From: Candidatus Omnitrophota bacterium
Lineage (GTDB): Bacteria; Omnitrophota; Gorgyraeia; Duberdicusellales; 4484-171
NCBI GenBank assembly: GCA_016935525.1
Contig: JAFGQU010000021.1
Coordinates: 15,028-79,027, forward strand
Reading direction: 5' to 3'
DNA length: 64,000 nucleotides
The stretch's first letter is position 1, and every line of letters begins with the position of its first letter. Under the pieces are notes generated by a model. The model saw only the letters and a program-made list of their open reading frames with translations, made no database searches and had not been told where the DNA came from. Positions 8,901 through 16,435 of the stretch are shown here, in pieces. The position numbers were made by a program, and so were the translations under genes.

Positions 8901-9175
8901 CCGCCCAGATTCGGCAGTAACGCGTCCGGTTTTTCTTTCGCGATGATCTTCTCCAGGCTTTCGGGAGTGAGCGGTTCGATATAGGTACGGTCGGCCATCA
9001 CCGGATCGGTCATGATCGTCGCCGGATTGGAATTGACCAGCACGATCTCATACCCTTCTTCCCGTAACGCTTTACAGGCCTGAGTACCGGAATAATCGAA
9101 TTCACAGGCCTGGCCGATCACGATCGGGCCGGACCCGATGATCAATACCTTATGGATATCGTTTCTTCTGGGCAT
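5939..9175 (-). CDS. carB: Carbamoyl-phosphate synthase large subunit
   Basis: 1078 aa with two ATP-grasp halves, an oligomerisation domain and an MGS-like domain; highly conserved sequence. Confidence 0.95.
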   Translation of the reverse strand: MPRRNDIHKVLIIGSGPIVIGQACEFDYSGTQACKALREEGYEIVLVNSNPATIMTDPVMADRTYIEPLTPESLEKIIAKEKPDALLPNLGGQTGLNLSSTLYKHGVLEKYKVKIIGVQADAIERGEDRLAFKETMRTLGIALPQSEIAHSVEEAETVAEQLKYPVVIRPAYTMGGTGGGIAYNREELAVIVTRGLAASLIHQVLIEESVLGWEELELEVVRDEKNQKITVCFIENVDAMGVHTGDSFCVAPMLTVPEKLQKLMQEYSYKIVDAIGVVGGTNIQFAHNLVDDRLVVIEINPRTSRSSALASKATGFPIARISTKLAAGLTMDEIPYWKEGTLEKYSPSGEYVVVKFARWAFEKFPQAKDILGTQMKAVGEVMSIGKTFKEGLQKAIRSLEISRYGLGFARSFASLSLDELRSRLTFPSSERVFLMYEALRKGMTIEELYQLTYIGRWFIGQMKELVDFEEEFLKYPWNKLPDELLVKAKQWGVGDTYLARLYKVKESQVRSRRVKLMGNARYEAVPVSGVENAAYYYSTYSPGEDQVPVSDHKKIMILGGGPNRIGQGIEFDYTCVHAAFALRDEGYETIMVNCNPETVSTDYDTSDKLYFEPLTVEDVLAIYEKEKPQGVIVQFGGQTPLNIAQELEKNGVYILGTSPESIAFAEDRQLFRLKMEKMGIVQTEGGTARSLKEAVQIAGRIGYPLMVRPSFVLGGRGMEIIFDESMLKKYVEEAIELSPEHPMLVDRFLENAIEAEVDALSDGEDIYLAAVMEHIEHAGIHSGDSACRVPPRNITPQQLETIKEYAIKIARELKVVGLMNIQFAICEGKVYVLEANPRASRTVPYVSKVTGIPIARIATLLMMGKKLKSFPELIEKKIPFVGVKEAVFPFSMFPEVDPVLGPEMRATGEVMGIDKSFGVAFYKAQEAAGTRLPREGNVLVTVSDKDKPELLPVAWRLKELGFHVYATENTCRFLQEHGVETEPIKKIHEGRPNIVDVIKNKQINLVINTPIGREGKYDDSYIRMMAIQHKVPYITTMAAARATVDGIEASMRGDSEPVSLQEYHKWLSKGEIATSVGS

Positions 9176-9304
9176 AGGTCTCCTTTGATTTTGATTACAG
9201 CGGTTTCTTTAAATGAATTTTGTCCGCGCTATGTATCCCCGGTAATTGTTCTGATGATATGCCTGACAAATAAGAAAATTTTGTTTAAAAATTAAGCAGG
9301 AAAA

Positions 9305-9334
9305 CATAAAAAAAAGCAACCTGTATCAGGTTGC
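9305..9334 (-). terminator. Putative intrinsic terminator (minus strand) between the MATE gene and carB
   Basis: Hairpin gcaacc-tgtatca-ggttgc next to an A8 run on the plus strand, which is a U-run on the minus strand. Confidence 0.45.
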
Positions 9335-9486
9335 TGCGTGCGTTCTGGTTGAAACGGATTGGGTCATGAATGAATACCTTAGGATTATGGACGTATTATT
9401 GAATTGTAGTATCTGTAAGGAAACCCGTCAAGGGAAAAGTAAACCGGCCATAGCCGGGGCGACCGGCCACAGCGGCACCCGCGTTT

Positions 9487-9637
9487 AGTCTACAGTCTCT
9501 GGTCTATGGTCTCTGGTCTCTGGTCTCTGGTCTACGGTCTCTGGTCTATGGTCTACGGTCTATGGTCTCTTGACTACTGACTATCGACTATCGACTATGG
9601 ACTATCGACTATGGACTATCAACCATCGACTATTTAA
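9487..9637. repeat. Heptanucleotide tandem repeat array (TGGTCTM)n then (GACTATS)n; the longest copy in the window
   Basis: About 12 units gtctacag/tctctgg/tctatgg... followed by about 9 units gactact/gactatc/gactatg/gactatc.... Confidence 0.9.
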
Positions 9638-11052
9638 TATTCGCCGTCAATCGCCGTCTCTATGACCGAGACCGGTTCTTCGACGACTTTTATGGTACGC
9701 CAATGCCCGCTCCGGTACCGGAAATACACAAATACCGAGAAAAAAAGAAAGATCGCGACCAATACGCTCCATCCGGTTTCCAGCGGTAACCGGTATACTT
9801 TTAACATGACAAACTGCGCCGGGACAAGTATCCAATGTAACGTAACCGAAAGGCACATCGCCCAGAACGTATCCCCGGCACCGCGTAACGCGCCGGTAAA
9901 CACGACAAACATCGATTCGACCAGGACGTACACGGACGCTAACCGGATCATGAATATCGCCGTTGACCGCGCGGCAAGGAATACCGGATCGGCCCCGGCC
10001 GGTTGGAACACGTCGACCAACAATCCGGGGAACCCCACAAAAAAGATAAACACGACCGCAGAATAAACACATCCCATTTTAAATCCCGACATCGCCGCGC
10101 GATGCGCGGTATCCGGTGATGACGCGCCCATATATCTTCCGACCAGACTGGTCGTACCGATCTCCACTCCCAACAACGGCACGAACGAGACCATATCCCA
10201 ATTGAACATTATCGTCGACGCGGTCGCGGCGATCAGACTTACCGAATGGAATATCATGACCATCACATCGAACGCGACCAGGTTAAGGAACATCTCTACC
10301 CCCGCCGGATACCCGAACCGCACCAGCGTTCCCATCACGTTCCGGTCGAACCGAAACGATCCGGTGATCCCGTATTCTTTACGGTTTGAAGAATTAAAAT
10401 ACGTACCGACCAGCACTATACATCCGCAGAACAGACCGATCACTGTACCGTAGGCCGCGCCCCTGATCCCTAACGCGGGGACCCCCAGTTTCCCGAAAAT
10501 CAGGATATAGTTGGCCACAATATTGACGACCATCGCGACGAACGAAGAGATCATCACGATTTTCGTTTTCCCGATACCGGAAAAAAACGAACTGAACACA
10601 TGCCGCAGGAGCCCGACGATCACCGCGGCAACCAGAATATCGAAATATATTTTCTGATGGATAAGTTGTACCGGATTGATCCCTACCATATCGAACAATC
10701 TATATGCCAGCGGCCGGCACCACACGATCACCGGCCAGGCGATCACGGCAATGATCAACGATTGCGTGATCGTAACGGCGCATTTCTGTTTATACCCGGC
10801 ACCGAGATATTGCGCGACAAGCGCGGTCGCGTATCCGGTCAATCCGACAAAAAAGGTCATCATCATAAACGCGGTAAGCCCTCCGGCCATCGCCGCGCTC
10901 ATCACTTCCGGCCCTAACCGGGACAAAAAGATCCGGTCAGTAAACGTCATGACCGTATAACAGGCGTGCGAGACGACCATCGGTAACGATATCGCGACCA
11001 TCTCGCGGATACTGCCCTGGGCCGGTAGTACGTGTGACTTAAGGTGTGCCAT
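9634..11052 (-). CDS. MATE-family multidrug/oligosaccharidyl-lipid efflux transporter
   Basis: 472 aa with 12 predicted TMs and a MATE-like N-terminus (ISLPMVVSHACYTVMTFTDRIFLSRLG). Confidence 0.8.
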   Translation of the reverse strand: MAHLKSHVLPAQGSIREMVAISLPMVVSHACYTVMTFTDRIFLSRLGPEVMSAAMAGGLTAFMMMTFFVGLTGYATALVAQYLGAGYKQKCAVTITQSLIIAVIAWPVIVWCRPLAYRLFDMVGINPVQLIHQKIYFDILVAAVIVGLLRHVFSSFFSGIGKTKIVMISSFVAMVVNIVANYILIFGKLGVPALGIRGAAYGTVIGLFCGCIVLVGTYFNSSNRKEYGITGSFRFDRNVMGTLVRFGYPAGVEMFLNLVAFDVMVMIFHSVSLIAATASTIMFNWDMVSFVPLLGVEIGTTSLVGRYMGASSPDTAHRAAMSGFKMGCVYSAVVFIFFVGFPGLLVDVFQPAGADPVFLAARSTAIFMIRLASVYVLVESMFVVFTGALRGAGDTFWAMCLSVTLHWILVPAQFVMLKVYRLPLETGWSVLVAIFLFFSVFVYFRYRSGHWRTIKVVEEPVSVIETAIDGEY

Positions 11053-11093
11053 ATCAGGGGATATTATAACATAGGAAAACAGATAACGGTGGG

Positions 11094-11200
11094 TTACAGT
11101 CTCTCTCTGGTCTCTGGTCTCTGGTCCCTTGACTATGGACTATGGACTACTGACCACCGACCATCGACTACTGACCATCGTCTATTGACTATCAACTAAC
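11094..11200. repeat. Heptanucleotide tandem repeat array
   Basis: Reads ctctctggtctctggtctctggtcccttgactatggactatggactactgaccaccgaccatcgactactgaccatcg. Confidence 0.85.
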
Positions 11201-11745
11201 GCTTTATATCGTTCCGGAAACCAGACTTTATATAATTCAAACATTTCTTCTCCTAAATGTTTTTTTAAAATCTCGATTTTACTCTGGCCACTGCCATCAT
11301 CATAATCACCTTCCTGAAGGGCGATGTTTTCAAAGATCACACCTACCCCTTTCTTGGCATCACTGAAAACTTCGTCACCGCGGATGCTGTTATAAAGCAC
11401 CCCGTTTATTCCGTTCACATAAAAACCGGACGGGTAGTTTATCGTCACGCCGCCTTTTTCTTTAGACATTTTTTTAAGTTGATCGATCATAAGAACTTTC
11501 TGTTCGTGGCTCATCAGAATCCACACGATAACCGAATTCCCTTTCTCGATCTGCTCATGGAGATAAACTTCATCCGTCTCTTTAGGAATAACGTTATACA
11601 TAACGGCATGTTCTTTCAACTCTTCACTGGTAATAAGCGACTGATCTTCTATGATCGGCAGCGCCTCGTCAATCACCGCATAACTATTCGCCGTCGCAAC
11701 AACTACCCACCCTATAATCAATAATATGTTTTTCAGTTTATTCAT
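11182..11745 (-). CDS. Secreted hypothetical protein (signal peptide)
   Basis: 187 aa with a hydrophobic N-terminal leader MNKLKNILLIIGWVVVATANSYA. Confidence 0.4.
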   Translation of the reverse strand: MNKLKNILLIIGWVVVATANSYAVIDEALPIIEDQSLITSEELKEHAVMYNVIPKETDEVYLHEQIEKGNSVIVWILMSHEQKVLMIDQLKKMSKEKGGVTINYPSGFYVNGINGVLYNSIRGDEVFSDAKKGVGVIFENIALQEGDYDDGSGQSKIEILKKHLGEEMFELYKVWFPERYKALVDSQ

Positions 11746-12262
11746 TCACAAACGTTTTTCCGTTCCAGGTATATATTTCCCAAGCCGGTTCATCGGCATA
11801 CGACCAACCTTCTTCATCAAACTTCGGCACACCGATTTTTATCGTAGGCGGATTTGATTGAAAATCTGTCTCTATACCGCATCCACTTCCGGTCTCAAAT
11901 ATTTTATACAATTCATCGTCTTTATAACCGTAAACAGCAAGATTCGTATAATGCATTCCGCTTTGCGACCAAGCCACAATTTGATGGGCAGCATCTTTAT
12001 TAAGACTTACAAACTCGACTTTTCCCATATGTTCGGCCATAGAAAATGTGTGTGCTTTTTCCGTATCGGGATCATATACGGTAACGATCCCCTCTTTCGC
12101 ATACGGCGGCGCATCGGTGAACGTACCGTACACCTGATGGACGGTAATGGTTTCAGTTCCTCCGTCACCGTCCAGATCGACGAAATGGGTCTCTAATTCC
12201 GCCGCCGCGGCCGCGCCGCACATAACCCCACACATCAAAATGAGTACAAATAATGATTTCAT
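11738..12262 (-). CDS. Secreted hypothetical protein with DLDGDG (FG-GAP/VCBS-like) motif
   Basis: 174 aa with a signal peptide; overlaps the downstream gene by 8 nt, suggesting an operon. Confidence 0.4.
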   Translation of the reverse strand: MKSLFVLILMCGVMCGAAAAAELETHFVDLDGDGGTETITVHQVYGTFTDAPPYAKEGIVTVYDPDTEKAHTFSMAEHMGKVEFVSLNKDAAHQIVAWSQSGMHYTNLAVYGYKDDELYKIFETGSGCGIETDFQSNPPTIKIGVPKFDEEGWSYADEPAWEIYTWNGKTFVNE

Positions 12263-12275
12263 AAGATAATCGTTA

Positions 12276-12325
12276 GTATATAGTCCATAGACCAGAGACT
12301 GTAGACCATGGACTATTCACCATAT
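12276..12325. repeat. Short heptamer repeat block (mixed orientation: TAGTCCA/TAGACCA/TGGACTA)
   Basis: Reads atagtccatagaccagagactgtagaccatggactat, with 8-bp inverted ends. Confidence 0.7.
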
Positions 12326-12726
12326 ATCGCCGCGATGATCATCCCTTCCAGAGGAGTCTGTATCAACCCCATGATCGTCCAGTACAGAACAACTGTAGGA
12401 GCGACCGTCATAAACGAGTACGTAGCGAACATTCCCGGCAGGATCCCGACCGCCCATACGCATAATCCAAACACGAACCCTTTGGTCAGTTTATTTTTCC
12501 CGGGTAGTCCTTTACGGATCAACGCGTACACCAAAGCTAATATAATACTTATTACCAGACTGCCGATAAAGAACCCGGCGCCCGGCGCGGAATCCATCGG
12601 TTTCCACACATTAGTCGGTTCGAGTTTATAGACCCAGTTAAAAATCCCGGCACAGGTCACCATCCCTGCTATCGCATTAAAAATAGTTACCGCTACGCCA
12701 GCCAAAAGCAGTTTTCCTATCTTCAT
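12313..12726 (-). CDS. Small integral membrane protein (hypothetical)
   Basis: 137 aa with 4 predicted TM segments. Confidence 0.4.
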   Translation of the reverse strand: MKIGKLLLAGVAVTIFNAIAGMVTCAGIFNWVYKLEPTNVWKPMDSAPGAGFFIGSLVISIILALVYALIRKGLPGKNKLTKGFVFGLCVWAVGILPGMFATYSFMTVAPTVVLYWTIMGLIQTPLEGMIIAAIYGE

Positions 12727-12842
12727 ATCCTCCTCCTTTTTTACGTTGAAATGATTATAACTCAGCTATAGATATTTGCAATAAGGGGGTAGTTCGAATG
12801 ATAAAAATGGCTCAGTCCGCCCGTTCGCCCGTTGCCCCGTTT

Positions 12843-12990
12843 TATAAATAAATCCTAAGACCGAAGCACTAAATTCTAAACAAGCTCTAAGCTCTAATTT
12901 CAAAACAGATAAATATTTTTTCATTAGAATTTGGAATTTAGGATTTGTTTTGGATTTAGAATTTAGGGCTTAGAATTTTTAGACTGGTGA
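12843..12990. repeat. Composite inverted repeat built from about 11-nt direct repeats (CTAAATTCTAA / TTAGAATTTAG)
   Basis: Left arm aaatcctaaga...ctaaattctaaacaagctctaagctctaattt. Right arm ttagaatttggaatttaggattt...ggatttagaatttagggcttagaattt. Centre near 12925. Confidence 0.6.
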
Positions 12991-13038
12991 TCTCCCCCCG
13001 CCACCCTGCACCCGGCACCCGAAACTGCTAAGGAACGG

Positions 13039-13440
13039 TTAGCAGGTAGCGGTGAGAGATTTATAGTTTCTATACATCCTTTCGACATTCTTATTATTCA
13101 CGTGATCGTGATGTCTGAACCCTCCGCCGAAATTTTGAGGAATATGCATAAGTTCATGGATGATCACTTTATCCTGTTCTTCGCCGGGAAGCTTATCAAA
13201 CCGTTCAGAAATAAATTCAATAGCATAATACGCCGGACACCCGATAGTTTTCTGCATGATCTTTGCTAATCCGTGACATCGCGCGATCGCGCGCCGTGAA
13301 GTGGACCCCGAACTTCTGAAACACTTGAATAGTTCCGGATGAATGTGAGGGAACAATGTCTTACAGATGTCTTCGGCTTTCTCCTGGAGATCACCCGCGA
13401 ATTCATAACCGATAGTTTTTCTTCTTTTCTTTCGGCGCAT
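13039..13440 (-). CDS. HExxH-motif zinc metallopeptidase-like protein (SprT/DUF45-like)
   Basis: 133 aa with HELMHI followed by a His-rich segment (GGGFRHHDH). Confidence 0.4.
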   Translation of the reverse strand: MRRKKRRKTIGYEFAGDLQEKAEDICKTLFPHIHPELFKCFRSSGSTSRRAIARCHGLAKIMQKTIGCPAYYAIEFISERFDKLPGEEQDKVIIHELMHIPQNFGGGFRHHDHVNNKNVERMYRNYKSLTATC

Positions 13441-13503
13441 GTCTCTTATTGTATCACGGCCGGTTTTTACCGAAAAGTTCGAATATGAAGACTGGCGAAA
13501 AAG

Positions 13504-13536
13504 TCGCTGGTCGATGGTCTATGGTCGTTAGTCAAA
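13504..13536. repeat. Short heptamer repeat remnant (TGGTCGA TGGTCTA TGGTCGT)
   Basis: Reads gctggtcgatggtctatggtcgttagtc at the left edge of the AT-rich island. Confidence 0.5.
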
Positions 13537-13680
13537 AACCAGGCAGGTGTCGGAGCTCACCCCGAATCGAGCTTCGCTCTGGTTCGGGGTCGGTCTTATT
13601 CTGCCTTCGGCAGAATCTCCTAAATACCCACCCATCTAGGGTAGCCCTTCAAGCGCACTTCGCGCGCTTTCCCTCATCTT

Positions 13681-14193
13681 CTATTCGAATTTCCATTTCT
13701 CTTGCCTAAAAAAATCAAACCGATTAAAATACCGGATCTTATAAAAACTGCAGATATTAGGGATTCGATAGGTATTCGTTTTAAAACTCTCATCTGTAAC
13801 CACAGCACAAGAAAACTTTGATTTTCCATTAGTATACTCTCTATTCTCTCTAATCGCCAAAGCAATAACCCAAGGGTCCGCATAAGGAGGTTCTTTATCA
13901 GGGCTAGCAAAGCCAGGATGATCTTTCAAAATATCTATCATAATATCTTGTTGGATGTCGTCTACATCAATAAACATATGTTTATTATCCTTAACCCAAT
14001 CAACCAAACCATCTTCATATCTAACTAATTCATCATGTACTTCTAGTGGAGATATTAGCCGTTCCTCTTGGATCAATTTCTCAATGTTAGGCCAAATTTT
14101 AGGATAAATGTCGGCGGGATGTTGTCGATAAATATTAATCAACGCACTGCTATCAATACAATATTTAATTTTTTCTTCCTCATTGCTACTCAT
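13681..14193 (-). CDS. DUF4411-family (PIN-like) protein
   Basis: 170 aa with an N-terminal YCIDSSALIN and the conserved acidic residues typical of the PIN-like DUF4411 fold. Its start overlaps the stop of the upstream ImmA/IrrE gene by 4 nt. Confidence 0.6.
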   Translation of the reverse strand: MSSNEEEKIKYCIDSSALINIYRQHPADIYPKIWPNIEKLIQEERLISPLEVHDELVRYEDGLVDWVKDNKHMFIDVDDIQQDIMIDILKDHPGFASPDKEPPYADPWVIALAIRENREYTNGKSKFSCAVVTDESFKTNTYRIPNICSFYKIRYFNRFDFFRQEKWKFE

Positions 14194-15320
14194 ACCATCG
14201 CCAACATTCCTACATCATGAAAATATTTAGTTTTTATTCCTAAATAATTAGACATATCAGCAGCAGTAATGAACCCTTTATTACCGGCCTCAAATACCAT
14301 AGAAACATAACGCTTGCCTTTCTCCGAAACACAGCGACCTGCGACAGTACTTCGTCCAAACGCTTTATATGGTTTTTCTTGTCTTTTCATCTCTTCGTAT
14401 AATTGCTGATACTTTCTGAAAGAAATATAATTCAATACTTGGAGACGTCTTAAGAAAACATATTTGCTAACTTTAAATTTTCTGGCAATAGATTTTATAG
14501 TTGGGATATCAAATATTTCATTCTTAAAACTGATCACATTTGTTTTTGGTACTAAAAATGCACCGGAAAAATGATTACTGAAAATTTCTCCGCTCTCTGA
14601 GTGTTGGTCTTCTTTATATTCTGGCAAACACATACCTTCTCTACCAATAAGTATGTGTGCATATTCATGAAATAATGTAAATATTTTTGCATTAATAGCA
14701 TCTTTGGAATTTATGACTATTGCTGGCAACCCTTTCCCATAAAAAGTAAATCCTCGAATTTCATTAACTGGTAAACTAAGTTGAAAAACTAATATATTCT
14801 GACTTTCTACCCATTTTCGCCAAATTTGAAAGGCTTCAAATGAATCACGCCAGTTAAATTGTTCTTCAATCTTTATTCCACAAGTCTGCCTAATCTGCTC
14901 AGCCACTATTTCAGGATTTTCAGAAAGCGAATGCGCTTTAAAATCCGGCCCTTTTACATTCAATTCCATAGCTAATTCTGAAGCCCTAGACTGATACTGT
15001 CGAGCCCTACGTATTAATATTAAGCTTTTGGAAGATATTGGCAGACGTACTTCATTAGGCAAGGTACGAAAATCTTTTAGCAAGACTTTTGTCTTAGGTG
15101 GTTTTGGCAAGAAAAAAGCTGTTAAAGGACGTTTGTAATATGTCGAGAGTTTTCTTAGTTTTGCAATAGTTATATCTACATCTCCCGATTCCCAAGTTTC
15201 GAGCAACTCAGGTTTTACTTTCAATTTTCCAGATATTTCCTCGACACTAAAACCTGCTGTATCGCGAGCCCATTTTAAAGTTGCCGGAGTAATTTTTGCT
15301 ATAATACTCTTATGTCTCAT
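14190..15320 (-). CDS. XRE-type HTH fused to an ImmA/IrrE-family (COG2856) zinc metallopeptidase
   Basis: 376 aa with an N-terminal HTH (TLKWARDTAGFSVEEISGKL...) and the metallopeptidase motif HEYAHILIG. Confidence 0.7.
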   Translation of the reverse strand: MRHKSIIAKITPATLKWARDTAGFSVEEISGKLKVKPELLETWESGDVDITIAKLRKLSTYYKRPLTAFFLPKPPKTKVLLKDFRTLPNEVRLPISSKSLILIRRARQYQSRASELAMELNVKGPDFKAHSLSENPEIVAEQIRQTCGIKIEEQFNWRDSFEAFQIWRKWVESQNILVFQLSLPVNEIRGFTFYGKGLPAIVINSKDAINAKIFTLFHEYAHILIGREGMCLPEYKEDQHSESGEIFSNHFSGAFLVPKTNVISFKNEIFDIPTIKSIARKFKVSKYVFLRRLQVLNYISFRKYQQLYEEMKRQEKPYKAFGRSTVAGRCVSEKGKRYVSMVFEAGNKGFITAADMSNYLGIKTKYFHDVGMLAMV

Positions 15321-15325
15321 ATTTT

Positions 15326-16435
15326 CTAACTAAAGAATTCCCCCTGAAACGCCTCCTGCATTAAAGAATTAAAAAGATTATTTAATTCTTTTTCTGACTC
15401 TTTTTGTTTTTGCTTCAAACTTTCAACTTTTTGAACAAGAGTGGCGAATTTCTTCTGTTGGGGCAAGGGGGGAAGAATTACCTTCAACTTTTCTAATGGT
15501 TTTTGTGTTATTTTTGGCTGCCCAGAAATATCTGCATATCGGTTTAATTGATGGAACCACAATAAATAAAACAAAAATTGTAAGTCAATGTCTTTCTTGA
15601 ACTGCTTTATGTAAATAGCATTATCCGAAACCCAACATTTACCTCTTGTGAGATGAACACAACCACAATAGACACCCACTCGTCCAATAACAATCGTCGG
15701 GAATTCGACTAAATAATCATTAAAATAACCCATAATCCCATTGCCCCCATATGAAGGGTATGGGTATGAATTATCGAGATTTTTCGAAGGGTTAAATTTC
15801 CCACTAGATAAAATAAATAAGTCCTTTCCAAAGGCTATGCCCCACCCTTTTGTATTCTTCACCGGATCGCCGAACATTTCCAAAAATGCTGATTTCAAAA
15901 ATTCATCAGTCAATTTGTTTATGTGGGCTCTCTTTTCAATTGTAGATTCAGCCTTAGCAAGAATTGCCGATGTCTTTATTTTTATCGGCTCCGAAACACT
16001 TGGCACTTTAATTTCTTCAATATCTGACAATCGTATAGATGGGTACGCTTTATCCCGTATAAGCTGACTTGGGCGGAATCGCCTGAACCAATATTTTAGA
16101 AACTCGCTATCAATTTCTTTTTTAGGTATTATTGTCGCAAGGTGGCTGACTACATAACAAGAATTTTGCAATACATAAACTCTGTCTTTTGTCGCTGACA
16201 TGCCACTTTTAGCAAATAAAATTGTTCCTTCAGGAAAAAGTCTTAATTGAAATTTTTTTGCTACATCATCATTAATCTTTTCAAGCGAATTTTCGTCTCC
16301 GCCAGACAATAAAAATTCTAAACTTCCTGCCCTAACAAAAGGGTGTCCTACCTTGCCAAAATACTGCTGACCTTGAGGAGCACCTTGCCCAGCTGAGACT
16401 TCAGCAATAGTTTTTAAATATGTTGTTTGCTTCAT
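15326..16435 (-). CDS. hsdS: Type I restriction-modification specificity subunit
   Basis: 369 aa with the HsdS-typical TRD plus conserved-helix architecture. It overlaps hsdM by 4 nt. Confidence 0.75.
   Translation of the reverse strand: MKQTTYLKTIAEVSAGQGAPQGQQYFGKVGHPFVRAGSLEFLLSGGDENSLEKINDDVAKKFQLRLFPEGTILFAKSGMSATKDRVYVLQNSCYVVSHLATIIPKKEIDSEFLKYWFRRFRPSQLIRDKAYPSIRLSDIEEIKVPSVSEPIKIKTSAILAKAESTIEKRAHINKLTDEFLKSAFLEMFGDPVKNTKGWGIAFGKDLFILSSGKFNPSKNLDNSYPYPSYGGNGIMGYFNDYLVEFPTIVIGRVGVYCGCVHLTRGKCWVSDNAIYIKQFKKDIDLQFLFYLLWFHQLNRYADISGQPKITQKPLEKLKVILPPLPQQKKFATLVQKVESLKQKQKESEKELNNLFNSLMQEAFQGEFFS

Noticed and set aside
6089-8984. Multiple 60 to 144-aa ORFs on the plus strand inside carB (6089..6307, 7014..7310, 7445..7861, 8315..8749 and others)
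   Set aside because: They are antisense to a highly conserved, high-confidence 1078-aa CarB reading frame. They have no RBS or start context and show compositional mirror-frame effects, so they are spurious.
9487-9637. Heptamer arrays considered as CRISPR arrays
   Set aside because: The period is 7 nt with no spacer-sized unique inserts between the repeats and no cas genes nearby. They are micro/minisatellite-type repeats, not CRISPR.
9647-10960. Overlapping ORFs within and antisense to the MATE transporter gene
   Set aside because: Same reasoning: they are embedded in a 12-TM transporter frame and their Arg/Pro-rich translations are typical of antisense artefacts.
13449-13709. 86-aa plus-strand ORF in the island boundary spacer
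   Set aside because: There is no RBS and the translation is Ser/Arg-rich, typical of a non-coding read-through. The region is better explained by hairpins and a repeat remnant.
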